Below the pieces are notes generated by a model. It was not told where the DNA came from. It searched no databases and saw nothing but the letters and a program-made list of their open reading frames with translations. Source: a virus (taxonomy: Duplodnaviria > Caudoviricetes). Taken from it: DNA of 38,767 bases. The stretch's first letter is position 1, and each line of letters begins with the position of its first letter. The translations under genes were made by a program, and so were the position numbers. Below, piece by piece: positions 18,027 through 26,825 of the stretch. The stretch covers positions 1-38,767 of IMG/VR virus record IMGVR_UViG_3300032312_001354; one strand, given 5' to 3'.

Positions 18027-18451
18027 TTGAATTTATTGCTTTTGTTATTTTTATATTTTTGTTTTTTATTTTAATAATTAATAACATTAGATTTAGCATT
18101 AAACTTTCTTCTGCATCTAAAAAACTAATTCAGGCGCACATAGATAATACTATCTTGGCAGAAAAACTTTTTGAAATATCTGCACAAATAATAGTAAAAA
18201 AAGAAACAGAGTCAGATGCTTTTTTAAAATTTGTTTCAGACTCTCGTGACTGGGCATATCAGTATATAGAGGAGGTTCAAGAAGGTATAAATAAGTTTAT
18301 TACTAATGTTGAGCCAGAAATATTATACTTTGATTCTTATGGAGACCTCATGAGTGCAGAGCCAAACTATAACTCTATGAAGAAAATATCTATAGAGTAC
18401 AGGGAGTTGAAGAAATTACTCCCAAACGATTATGGTAAACTAGATACATGA
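18023..18451 (+). CDS. Hypothetical protein with N-terminal TM and coiled coil
   Basis: ATGA overlap; hydrophobic N-terminus. Confidence 0.7.
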   Translation: MIEFIAFVIFIFLFFILIINNIRFSIKLSSASKKLIQAHIDNTILAEKLFEISAQIIVKKETESDAFLKFVSDSRDWAYQYIEEVQEGINKFITNVEPEILYFDSYGDLMSAEPNYNSMKKISIEYRELKKLLPNDYGKLDT

Positions 18452-18618
18452 TAAAATTTAAATCATACGAAGATTTAGCACATGATGCATTTTATTTTTG
18501 TCATGTCTTGGGTTGTAAACTTGAGGCAGAAAAACTATATGCTAAAGACACACAAATCAGAGATGTCTGTATAAATCATTATACAGAACTAACAAAGTAA
18601 TATCCTATAGGAGGAAAA

Positions 18619-18888
18619 ATGAATACAACACAACTAAAGGCAATGCTTGCATCTTACGGACGATCAGTCCTTGGTGCTGCAATTGCATTATACGCTTCAG
18701 GCGTAACAGATCCAAAGACACTTGCTTATTCATTGCTTGGAGCCATCGTTCCAGTAGCATTGAGAGCGGTAAACCCTAACGATTCTGCATTTGGTAAGAT
18801 GCCATCTGTAGAAGAGGTAGATAAAGCAGTTAAGACTGCCAAGGTAGTAAAGAAGGCTTCTGTTAAGAAGTCAGCAGCAAAGAAGTAG
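18619..18888 (+). CDS. Small membrane protein with Lys/Ala-rich tail (holin-like)
   Basis: SD aggagg; two hydrophobic helices, NP.D.AFG motif, basic tail. Confidence 0.65.
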   Translation: MNTTQLKAMLASYGRSVLGAAIALYASGVTDPKTLAYSLLGAIVPVALRAVNPNDSAFGKMPSVEEVDKAVKTAKVVKKASVKKSAAKK

Positions 18889-18902
18889 TAGAAAATAAAA
18901 AA

Positions 18903-18931
18903 GAGGGGGTCACGTTAAGTGGCCCCCTTCT
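18903..18931. terminator. Probable bidirectional intrinsic terminator
   Basis: GAGGGGGTCAC-gttaa-GTGGCCCCCTTC hairpin flanked by A and T runs between convergent genes. Confidence 0.8.
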
Positions 18932-18942
18932 TTATTTAGTTT

Positions 18943-19596
18943 TTATCTTAAAAAATATTTAAACTCTGGTTCATACGGAAAGTCTAGTCTATCAAGTCTA
19001 GCACTTCTTTCTTCTTCTGTTATCTCACAACCAAAGCATACCATTGTGTATCTTGTATTACCAGCAGTAACTTTGTGTATTTGATGTTGGTATGAATATG
19101 CAGAAGGAAATAGTAAGAAGTCTCCAGCCTTTGGCTTAATCTTAACTCCAAAGTGGACAAATTCTAACTCGCCACCTTCGTAATCATCATTAGGATAATA
19201 AACCATTGATAATGTTCTTGGAGTGCCGTATGAGTCATCTGGATGCATAGAGAAAAATTCATTATGTTCAAACTTTGTGATCCTAAATGCTTCACGAGTA
19301 ATCGGTGCGATGTCCCACATCTGACAATAAGAATCTACTATTTCTTCAAAAGCATCTGCAATTTCATCACTGTTGTATATCCAAGTTGTGCTTGCTTTTT
19401 TGCCAATTTCTTCATCATAGTAGTCTTCTCTTTGGAATTTGCCCTCTGCTTCAAGTCTACGCATTAGATCCATTCCACCTGGAAATGTATTGTGATAGAT
19501 ATGAATTCCTGGCGCTGGGGAATCAAAATTAAATTCATTACCCTTACGACTGCGTGTAATTCCACGGGCCTTTAGTTCTAGTTTTTGCTTGTCCAT
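18943..19596 (-). CDS. 2OG-Fe(II) oxygenase, prolyl 4-hydroxylase-like
   Basis: HPD, YYPNDDYEGGEL.F, LFPS, YQHQI, TRY; start set at MDKQ behind SD AAGGAG. Confidence 0.88.
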   Translation of the reverse strand: MDKQKLELKARGITRSRKGNEFNFDSPAPGIHIYHNTFPGGMDLMRRLEAEGKFQREDYYDEEIGKKASTTWIYNSDEIADAFEEIVDSYCQMWDIAPITREAFRITKFEHNEFFSMHPDDSYGTPRTLSMVYYPNDDYEGGELEFVHFGVKIKPKAGDFLLFPSAYSYQHQIHKVTAGNTRYTMVCFGCEITEEERSARLDRLDFPYEPEFKYFLR

Positions 19597-19647
19597 GTTT
19601 CTCCTTAGTGACTTTACAAGTATACCATATTCTGGTATAATTAAGTA

Positions 19648-19752
19648 TTCCGTCATGATACATGCAGTTGCTTTTTAAGCGACCAGATTGCTGAGTACGG
19701 ATAAGCCTAGGATCGCAACCTGGGGGACCTGAGCAAGTCTATAAACTGCTCA
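19648..19752 (+). ncRNA. Candidate structured small RNA ending in the repeated pseudoknot motif
   Basis: TGGTATAAT at 19633-19641, no ORF; stems TCCGT/ACGGA, GTTGCTT/AAGCGAC, CCTAGG/CCTGGG, then GGAC-CTGAGCA-A-GTCT-ATAAAC-TGCTCA. Confidence 0.5.
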
Positions 19753-19825
19753 TTTCTTATGCTATAATATTAATACCTGCCCAAATGGGGGGTAAATTAA
19801 CTTATTCGCTTGAAAGGGGAATAAC

Positions 19826-20230
19826 ATGGTAAAAACAGCACTGGATCTTTTTAATGATCCTTTTTTCAACACCTTCTCAAATTTTCAGAAGGTAACAACA
19901 ACAACAAACTATCCACCTTATAACCAGATTAGACTAAATGATAAAGAGTATATTCTTTCATTTGCTTTGGCTGGATTCTCTAAGGATGATGTCTCAGTAT
20001 CGCTAGACAATCGCAAACTTACAATCAAGGGCGAGAAGAAGGATGCTGAGTTACCAGAGGGTGCGGAGTATCTACATAAGGGCATTGCTGCTCGTAAGTT
20101 TACTGATATCTTCACCCTTCCTGAGTTTGTTGAGGTAGTTGGGGCTGAGTTTAAGGATGGTATCTTAGATATCAGACTTGAAAAGCAGATCCCAGAAGAC
20201 AAACTACCAAAAACAATCGCAATTAAGTAG
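19826..20230 (+). CDS. Small heat-shock protein (Hsp20/IbpA family)
   Basis: NYPPYN, ALAGF, YLHKGIAARKF, F.LPE.VEV.GA...DGIL.I.L. Confidence 0.92.
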   Translation: MVKTALDLFNDPFFNTFSNFQKVTTTTNYPPYNQIRLNDKEYILSFALAGFSKDDVSVSLDNRKLTIKGEKKDAELPEGAEYLHKGIAARKFTDIFTLPEFVEVVGAEFKDGILDIRLEKQIPEDKLPKTIAIK

Positions 20231-20244
20231 TACAATATAAATGT

Positions 20245-20326
20245 CCCCACACAGGACCTTAGTGATGGATTAGTTACCCATTGGATAGAGACCGTGGCGC
20301 AAGTCAGGTGAATTGCCTGTGTGGGG
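20245..20326 (+). ncRNA. Candidate ~82-nt structured RNA
   Basis: Perfect 11-bp closing stem CCCCACACAGG/CCTGTGTGGGG; TACAAT at 20231-20236 just upstream; GC-rich island between genes. Confidence 0.55.
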
Positions 20327-20354
20327 CTTAATATTGCACGGTATAATAGAAGGA

Positions 20355-20627
20355 ATGACTGACAAAGAGTTAGACCATTATAATAAGCAAGAGTATAAAA
20401 GAAAACTTGCTAAGATAAAAGAGGATTCTGGCTGTGTAGATTGTGGAATTAATAATCATATTATCTTAGATTTTGACCATATAAGAGACAAGAAATATAA
20501 TGTATCCAGAATGATCCATGATGGGTTTTCATGGAAGGCTATTAAGAAAGAGATTGAAAAGTGTGAGGTGGTTTGTGCTAACTGCCATAGAATAAGAACT
20601 CATAACAGGCTTAACGGCATGATATAA
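20355..20627 (+). CDS. HNH endonuclease
   Basis: CVDCG...LDFDHI...KCEVVCANCH; start moved to ATG 20355. Confidence 0.85.
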   Translation: MTDKELDHYNKQEYKRKLAKIKEDSGCVDCGINNHIILDFDHIRDKKYNVSRMIHDGFSWKAIKKEIEKCEVVCANCHRIRTHNRLNGMI

Positions 20628-20634
20628 TTATTAT

Positions 20635-21363
20635 ATGATTAAAGACGATTCAATGATGCCAACAAGCACATATCAAGGCTGTGACTGTGAAACCTGTAAA
20701 GAACCTAATGTAGACTGTCCAGACTGTCCAGTGTGTTCTGAGGAAGAGTCTGAAGACGATTCAGAGGTCGCTATGGCAATGTATGATTCATCAATTGGAA
20801 AAACAGAATGTTGCCCAGAAGATATTTCTAAGCAAGCGCCATGCTGGGATGGATATGTACAGCGTGGAATGAAGCCAGGAGATAATGGTAAGCCAGTTCC
20901 TAATTGTGTACCTGCAGCAAAAGCAGATGATCTATTTGAAGATGATGACACAGTTGAATATGATACAGATTCGGTATCAAAGGCTGAAGGCTACTCACCA
21001 CCAGCAGGAGCAAGATCTGCTGCTCGTAGAGCAATCAAGTTTAAAGAAGATGGTAAAGCAACTGGTGCAGGAACTGCAGTTGGTTGGACTCGTGCAGGTC
21101 AGTTAGCAAGAGGCGAATCATTATCTCTTAGCACTGTTAAGAGAATGTACTCATACTTCTCACGACATGAAGTAGACAAGAAGGGTAAAGACTGGGGTAA
21201 CTCAGCAAATCCTTCTAACGGATACATCATGTGGTTAGCATGGGGTGGAGATGCAGGATTCTCTTGGTCAAGAGGAATTGTTAATCGTGAAAAAGATAAG
21301 GCTTTGTTTGCTGATTTTGGCAAAGATTATACAAAGGTACAAACAGAAAGACACTCACTATAA
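20635..21363 (+). CDS. Modular phage hypothetical protein (Cys-rich N-terminus, CWxGY...PNCVP module, C-terminal globular domain)
   Basis: CDCETC..CPDCPVC; CWDGY...PNCVP; GTAVG..RA.QL...RMYSYFSRH...AWGGDAG. Confidence 0.7.
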   Translation: MIKDDSMMPTSTYQGCDCETCKEPNVDCPDCPVCSEEESEDDSEVAMAMYDSSIGKTECCPEDISKQAPCWDGYVQRGMKPGDNGKPVPNCVPAAKADDLFEDDDTVEYDTDSVSKAEGYSPPAGARSAARRAIKFKEDGKATGAGTAVGWTRAGQLARGESLSLSTVKRMYSYFSRHEVDKKGKDWGNSANPSNGYIMWLAWGGDAGFSWSRGIVNREKDKALFADFGKDYTKVQTERHSL

Positions 21364-21503
21364 TGCCAAAGAAGAAATCATTAGCGTTTAATCCTATGCA
21401 GATCAAAGATGGATGGATTGTTAGACTATATAAAGATGGTCGAGTTAAGTCTAAGATCGCTCCGTACGAAGTTAAACACCCTAAAAAAAATATTAATGAA
21501 TAA
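21363..21503 (+). CDS. 46-aa basic hypothetical protein
   Basis: TAATG coupling; MPKKKSLAFNPMQIKDGWIVRLYKDGRVKS... Confidence 0.55.
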   Translation: MPKKKSLAFNPMQIKDGWIVRLYKDGRVKSKIAPYEVKHPKKNINE

Positions 21504-22224
21504 CAATACAGCAATTGCCATCGATTCTTTGATTTGATAGCAAATAATCTTTTAACTCACCTAATGTTTTTCTAATAATTAATTCGTCATCTCTCGTTAA
21601 GTTATAACATAGTGTGCTTTTCCTTGCTTGTCCAAAGGCTTCTATAACTTCATCTAAAAATAAAAATATATGATTACTAAATTCTGCGCTTTGATTTGGA
21701 AAAGTATTTCTTTCTTTATTCATAATAAAAAAAACCATAGGAATGTTATTGTTCTTTATATTATTTAAATGATTAACTCTTTCTTCTTTTTTATGTGACA
21801 TAAATCCTTCAAAAGAAAAACGATTCATGCACCCAGCAACAGATACGGCAGCCATGATTGCAGAAGGACCAGGGGTTGATGTTATATCTATGCGACCATC
21901 TTCTATAATTCTTTTTACTATTTGCTCTCCTGGATCAGCAACGCCAGGCATTCCCTCATCAGAAACAATAAAAACATCGTCGCCGTTTAAAAGCAAACTA
22001 AGTATGTATTCATACTCTTTAAACTCTTTATCATTATCTTTTTCATATGCAATGTCTATTAGTTCTGCATTACAATCAACCTGAATATTAGAGCAAAAAT
22101 CTTTAAATAGTAATGGGTTTTCAACTGCTATGTACTTGGCATTTTTTATTGAATCAATAGTTGTAAAAGATATATCTCTAATATTTCCAATTGGAGATCC
22201 AACAAGATGGAGTTTGCCAAACAT
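21493..22224 (-). CDS. rsmI: RsmI-like tetrapyrrole-methylase-family (16S rRNA C1402 2'-O) methyltransferase
   Basis: GKLHLVGSPIGNIRDIS, VSDEGMPGVADPG, PGPSA, FSFEGF, LTRDDE. Confidence 0.8.
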   Translation of the reverse strand: MFGKLHLVGSPIGNIRDISFTTIDSIKNAKYIAVENPLLFKDFCSNIQVDCNAELIDIAYEKDNDKEFKEYEYILSLLLNGDDVFIVSDEGMPGVADPGEQIVKRIIEDGRIDITSTPGPSAIMAAVSVAGCMNRFSFEGFMSHKKEERVNHLNNIKNNNIPMVFFIMNKERNTFPNQSAEFSNHIFLFLDEVIEAFGQARKSTLCYNLTRDDELIIRKTLGELKDYLLSNQRIDGNCCIVIH

Positions 22225-22275
22225 CAGTATATGAAACCTTTTAACTCGTTTATTTCTTTAAGAGCCTTTTTTAAT

Positions 22276-23316
22276 CTACGCTTCTTCAATAGATTTTTTA
22301 TAAACTTCATCTAAAATCCCCCTATCATTAATTACATTTAAGAATTCTTCAGCCCAACAGAGGTTAGTTAGATAGCCTGGATGACCGTCTCTTGCTTTTA
22401 AATCCCAATCTAAAAAATTACCATCTGGTCTGTGCTTATCAATAAATTTTTGATCTGCCTCTTTTATTCTGAAAAATGTATCTTCAAAAATTCTTGAAGA
22501 TTCAATATTATTTCCAGTTGGATCATCCCATGTTGTCCAAACAACCTTGATATTTTTTGCTTTACAGAATTCAATAAACAAGTTCCATGCCGTTGCCCAA
22601 ATTGGAAATGCCTGTCTTTCTTCGTACAGTGTAGGATAAGGACTAATGTTGAGGAATTTTAATGGATTGTCATCTTTCATTGCTTCTAACAAAATTTTAT
22701 CCTGTATTTTTCTTTCAGTTGCATAAGGAAATTGTTGTGTATACATCCATCTTTTTTCTTCTTCAATCCAATAATAACTTCTTAATATATTAGGGTGATT
22801 AATAACTAAAATATCTGGACTAGTATATTTGTTACAGTATTCTAAAACAGCAGAAATTATTTTATGCCAACCATAACCACCACGACCTAAATTAAAAAAA
22901 CCAGATGTCTTATAATCTTTTGATATTTCATTGTAAACTATTTTAGGCCAAACATTGTCAATGTTGTTGCCAACTCCTTCAGTGTTGGAGCATCCAGCAA
23001 ACAATATATGCAAGCCATCGTGGTCTTTTTTAAATGTATCGGATCTATACCAGTCCTTGTTGTACTTATAAAGAACTTCCCACTTTAATTTTTCTGGATT
23101 TACATTTTCTACAGGCAAAATATCAAATAAATGATATTCACCATCAAACCTATGGTTAAGATTATTATTATTAAATTTTATCTCTTCATCTTTTAAGCCT
23201 GGGCCAAATTCTGCCCATGTGTTATCAAACTTTCCTACCTTCATACCATATAGTGAGGGATATTCAAGACTTAATTCTTCAGCACGTTCTTTACTAGGTA
23301 AATTTTTATCATTCAT
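22276..23316 (-). CDS. SGNH/GDSL hydrolase-like protein, paralog of 8737..9666
   Basis: LFAGCSNTEGVG, WP, NLGRGG, RDGHPG. Confidence 0.65.
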   Translation of the reverse strand: MNDKNLPSKERAEELSLEYPSLYGMKVGKFDNTWAEFGPGLKDEEIKFNNNNLNHRFDGEYHLFDILPVENVNPEKLKWEVLYKYNKDWYRSDTFKKDHDGLHILFAGCSNTEGVGNNIDNVWPKIVYNEISKDYKTSGFFNLGRGGYGWHKIISAVLEYCNKYTSPDILVINHPNILRSYYWIEEEKRWMYTQQFPYATERKIQDKILLEAMKDDNPLKFLNISPYPTLYEERQAFPIWATAWNLFIEFCKAKNIKVVWTTWDDPTGNNIESSRIFEDTFFRIKEADQKFIDKHRPDGNFLDWDLKARDGHPGYLTNLCWAEEFLNVINDRGILDEVYKKSIEEA

Positions 23317-24015
23317 TTACGAGACCTTTCTAAGGTAAATATCATAAAACCCTAAGTTATGTAGTGCAATAGCATCTACTACCCAGTTTTTATTAATAGA
23401 TAAGAATTCATTTACTGTTTGAAATGTTCCGTATCCAATGTCTTCAATTATACCATCGTAGATAAGATAATCATTAAGACCAATTCGACCACCAATGTCT
23501 ACTAATTTTGCAGAATCGTGCAACACTTTTCTTGTAAGAAATCTATCATTAGATACATCAATATAGATAAAATCATATTTATAGTTTAATGTTGACAATA
23601 TATTTTCTGCATTACCTTTCATGGTGGCCACTTTTGGATGATAACTAAATTTATCAATAATAAAGGTCTGGTGAGTTTCTGGGGTATATAAAAGTTCATG
23701 CTTAATACCACTACATTGACACGAACCAAACTTTCTCCATGACCAGCACTTAAGGTCTTGGTTATAAAGGTCTACTAATAGGGCTTCTGAGGCTTCTGAG
23801 GCATCTATAAACATCTGTGCTGAGTATCCCCAAGCAACTCCTACCTCCATATACTTTATGCCCTTAGGAAGGCTTTTAGCATATTCTTCTCTAGAGGAAA
23901 AAATTTTTGCATCACTCAATTGTTCTTGAGATATTTTAGGAGAATCCTCAATCTCATCATCATTTAGATATTTTATTTCTTCATAGTTAAATGGTCTGAT
24001 AGGCTTTTTAGGCAT
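23317..24015 (-). CDS. Class I SAM-dependent methyltransferase
   Basis: MEVGVAWGYSA (motif I), LVDLY, YDFIYID, GG.IGLNDY. Confidence 0.8.
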   Translation of the reverse strand: MPKKPIRPFNYEEIKYLNDDEIEDSPKISQEQLSDAKIFSSREEYAKSLPKGIKYMEVGVAWGYSAQMFIDASEASEALLVDLYNQDLKCWSWRKFGSCQCSGIKHELLYTPETHQTFIIDKFSYHPKVATMKGNAENILSTLNYKYDFIYIDVSNDRFLTRKVLHDSAKLVDIGGRIGLNDYLIYDGIIEDIGYGTFQTVNEFLSINKNWVVDAIALHNLGFYDIYLRKVS

Positions 24016-24712
24016 TAAGTTTACGTTCCTGGTTATTAATAATAGTTTTATTTGTTAATTCAAATAAATCTAAAGCCTCTTGGAGTCTTGGATGAGACTC
24101 AACTATTTGCTTAAGTTCATAATATACTTCTGGTTTTTCATCTACTGGCAATGGGTTATTAAATGCTGGATGACCTTTATCATGCTGGTTAATTAATTTT
24201 CTTGCTTCATCCATAAATTCTTTTAATCTGTTGTTAGAAAGTTTTACATGTGGTGATTCAAAATTAGACATTACAAAATCAACAACAAACTCAGGATTGT
24301 TAGTCATTTGATCAAATGTAACAGCAAAAAGATTTTCTATGTTTTTTATAGTAGCACCATTCCATCGCTTGTAAATATAGAATTGATCATCTACCAGTTT
24401 TTCAAGTGATGGTAAGTTATTGTATTCATGTGGCATTGGTATACCAGATGAAACAGTATTTCCAAGCCCACCCATTGTTTTTGTAACAATCGACGGGATG
24501 ATGTCAAGTGGGCTTCTTACTACAGTTGTTTGAATTACATCTGTAAAGTTTGCTAATAGTACAACTGGTGCGTTTGTTCTAATTATAAACCTGTCCTCAA
24601 TCTCACCCCAAGAAACAGATTTATCAAGGTTAATTGATTTAAACAGAAGGTACTGTAGCCATGTATGTCCAGATCTTGGTGATGAATTAATTAAAACTCT
24701 AACATCTTTCAT
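24008..24712 (-). CDS. Sulfotransferase-fold protein (paralog 2)
   Basis: SSPRSGHTWL, VVRSPLDIIPS, TFDQM..NP. Confidence 0.65.
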   Translation of the reverse strand: MKDVRVLINSSPRSGHTWLQYLLFKSINLDKSVSWGEIEDRFIIRTNAPVVLLANFTDVIQTTVVRSPLDIIPSIVTKTMGGLGNTVSSGIPMPHEYNNLPSLEKLVDDQFYIYKRWNGATIKNIENLFAVTFDQMTNNPEFVVDFVMSNFESPHVKLSNNRLKEFMDEARKLINQHDKGHPAFNNPLPVDEKPEVYYELKQIVESHPRLQEALDLFELTNKTIINNQERKLNA

Positions 24713-24715
24713 TAT

Positions 24716-24937
24716 TTATCCTATCCTTGAGTGTGAGCCATCACAAAATGGTGCTCTAGCACTTTGACCGCAAACGCAAGACTTTTTCTTTTTAAGTTTT
24801 TCTAATTTAACAGAAATAGTTTCGTTGTTTTGTAAAACATTAACTGAATAGTTGTCGCCATCTATTGCTATAATTTCTACTGCTTTTCCATTATATCCTT
24901 CAAGATCAACAATTATTGCATAATCATTTATATTCAT
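24716..24937 (-). CDS. CDGSH iron-sulfur domain protein
   Basis: CVCGQSARAPFCDGSH matches C-x-C-x2-S-x3-P-x-C-D-G-S-H; SD ggag. Confidence 0.88.
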   Translation of the reverse strand: MNINDYAIIVDLEGYNGKAVEIIAIDGDNYSVNVLQNNETISVKLEKLKKKKSCVCGQSARAPFCDGSHSRIG

Positions 24938-24960
24938 GACACTCCTTATAACTATTATAG

Positions 24961-25032
24961 CACCCCTGGCAGGAATCGAACCTGCGACAAACGGATTAGA
25001 AGTCCGCTACTCTTCCGCTGAGTTACAGAGGT
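24961..25032 (-). tRNA. tRNA-Arg(UCU)
   Basis: ACCTCTG/CAGGGGT acceptor, GCGGA-CTTCTAA-TCCGT, T-loop TTCGATT. Confidence 0.9.
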
Positions 25033-25036
25033 ATTG

Positions 25037-25109
25037 TATCTCCAACGGGATTCGAACCCGTGTTGCCACCGTGAAAGGGTGGAGTCCTGGGCCACTAGAC
25101 CATGGAGAC
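25037..25109 (-). tRNA. tRNA-Glu(UUC)
   Basis: GTCTCCA/TGGAGAT, CCACC-CTTTCAC-GGTGG, TTCGAAT. Confidence 0.92.
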
Positions 25110-25113
25110 GTAG

Positions 25114-25187
25114 TACATCTGGAAGGACTTGAACCTTCGGCTCTCTGCATATAAGGCAGGTACTCTAACCAACTGAGTTACAGATGT
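25114..25187 (-). tRNA. tRNA with UAU anticodon (Ile by decoding)
   Basis: ACATCTG/CAGATGT, CCTGC-CTTATAT-GCAGA, TTCAAGT, discriminator A. Confidence 0.85.
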
Positions 25188-25191
25188 TTAG

Positions 25192-25266
25192 TACACCAGG
25201 TAGGACTTGAACCTACGAATAGCCGAATTATGAGTTCGGTGCCTTAACCAACTTGGCTACTGGTGC
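25192..25266 (-). tRNA. tRNA with CAU anticodon (elongator Met or Ile2)
   Basis: GCACCAG/CTGGTGT, CCGAA-CTCATAA-TTCGG; lacks the initiator GGG/CCC anticodon stem. Confidence 0.88.
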
Positions 25267-25513
25267 TAGTCTTTATGATACTAGTATACCAAGCAGCATA
25301 CCAATTGTAAAGCATAAAATGCCAACAGTCCAGTGATAGTAGGTTTTCATATGCTCTTTAATTATTGCATTTTTTACTTCTTCTTTTATTTTTGTTGTAT
25401 CAAAGTTCATTTTGATCAACCTTGTATGTCATTATTTTATAGCATAAAATGTATCCAGCAATAAATGCTGGAATTAAAAATAGTATATTAATCATATACT
25501 AAGTATACTTTGT

Positions 25514-26224
25514 CTAGAGTTGTTTGTCAATATGGTGTTTTTTAAATATATTAAGTTTGATTTTTTTCTTTTCATGCTGACCTATGACTTCTCCTTTATA
25601 ATTTAAGGCATCTCTGTATCTATCTGTCCATTTACCTTGAGCAGCAATCTCGTTAAATGCTTTATTAGATTCTACTAATTCATCATAATAAGACTGTGGT
25701 AAATCTATATCAGATAATTCTAGTTGTGTAAGTTCTAAATCTGTTAGTGATATTGGCATAATTGAACCAATTGGAGTTTTGGCAGGTATTGTAATAACGG
25801 TGTCTGGTCTAGTAACCTTATAAACAATTGGCATAGGGCCTCTAAGAACAGATGTGCTCAATAATGCAGTAAATGACTGCACTCCATCAATGAACTGGTT
25901 TGGTACTGGCATGGTTAATAGTGTAATGTTTTCTTCTGATTGAAAAGTAAGACCAGAATTGAAACTAATACTTTGGTTTGCTCTATTTGTATTGGCATAT
26001 TGATGACCAGATAATACTTCTACCTGAGTATTTTTGCTATGCCAAATAAAACTAATATCTTCATTAAAAGAAAATGTCCATCCAAGAAAATTTGCAAGTG
26101 TTACAGGAAAACATCTATAAGCATGATGATCCCAACTAGCATCCATCCAATCACGCTTTACGCCAAGCACATCAAAGTTAACATCATAATTATCTTTTTT
26201 GTATACAGTTATTTTGTTTGTCAT
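25514..26224 (-). CDS. DUF6065-family protein
   Basis: KRDWMD...HAYRCFPVTLAN.LGW, PVPNQF, TPI..I.P; start set at MTNK. Confidence 0.7.
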   Translation of the reverse strand: MTNKITVYKKDNYDVNFDVLGVKRDWMDASWDHHAYRCFPVTLANFLGWTFSFNEDISFIWHSKNTQVEVLSGHQYANTNRANQSISFNSGLTFQSEENITLLTMPVPNQFIDGVQSFTALLSTSVLRGPMPIVYKVTRPDTVITIPAKTPIGSIMPISLTDLELTQLELSDIDLPQSYYDELVESNKAFNEIAAQGKWTDRYRDALNYKGEVIGQHEKKKIKLNIFKKHHIDKQL

Positions 26225-26369
26225 GATGATTGGTAGTTTTTTAAATGTTTCTTGCATACACCAACAACAGAGTAGTCTGCAAGATCGTTATATAGTGCGT
26301 TATCATTACAATAATGACATTTTTCTGGTGGTCTGTTCTCAATCATGAATTAATTATATCACAAAGAAT

Positions 26370-26825
26370 TTATTTGTTTCCATCCCAATTCCCAATTTTT
26401 GTAGTTGGTATTTGATTGTTTTCCCATAAATTAATTACATTTGGATTGTCATCCACAGCATGAACAACTGTCCAGTATTCATTTATCTTATCTAATATAT
26501 CTTTTTTTACTTCATAGTCTGGTCTGTTGTCATCATCTGCTCTCATAAATAAAGCATGGCATCTTGCATCATTTTTAGCAAGCCACATAGAAGTAAGCCC
26601 ACGCCATTTTTCTTTTCTTGATGTTACAACAAGTATAGAATGTTGATCATAAACAGCATGGTTGAGCATCTGAAGTACTTCTATATTTGGCAGGGCATTT
26701 ATAGAGGCCTTATGAAAAGCATCATAGTCTTTATCTGCTCCACGAACATAATGAAGGTAAGGGTCTACATTTGCTAGTGTTCCATCTACATCAAATATGT
26801 ATGCTGTTTGCTTTGCATCAATCAT
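26370..26825 (-). CDS. HAD-superfamily phosphatase (PNKP/PseT 3'-phosphatase-like)
   Basis: IFDVDGTLA, VVTSR, LFMR..DD.RPD.EVK, AVDD.P. Confidence 0.88.
   Translation of the reverse strand: MIDAKQTAYIFDVDGTLANVDPYLHYVRGADKDYDAFHKASINALPNIEVLQMLNHAVYDQHSILVVTSRKEKWRGLTSMWLAKNDARCHALFMRADDDNRPDYEVKKDILDKINEYWTVVHAVDDNPNVINLWENNQIPTTKIGNWDGNK

Noticed and set aside
19597-19656. Longer start for the - strand oxygenase (19656) and TTG start 20313 for the HNH gene
   Set aside because: Both extensions run through promoters or structured RNA; better starts are at 19596 (SD AAGGAG) and 20355
24936-25154. 72-aa + strand ORF
   Set aside because: Antisense to the tRNA cluster
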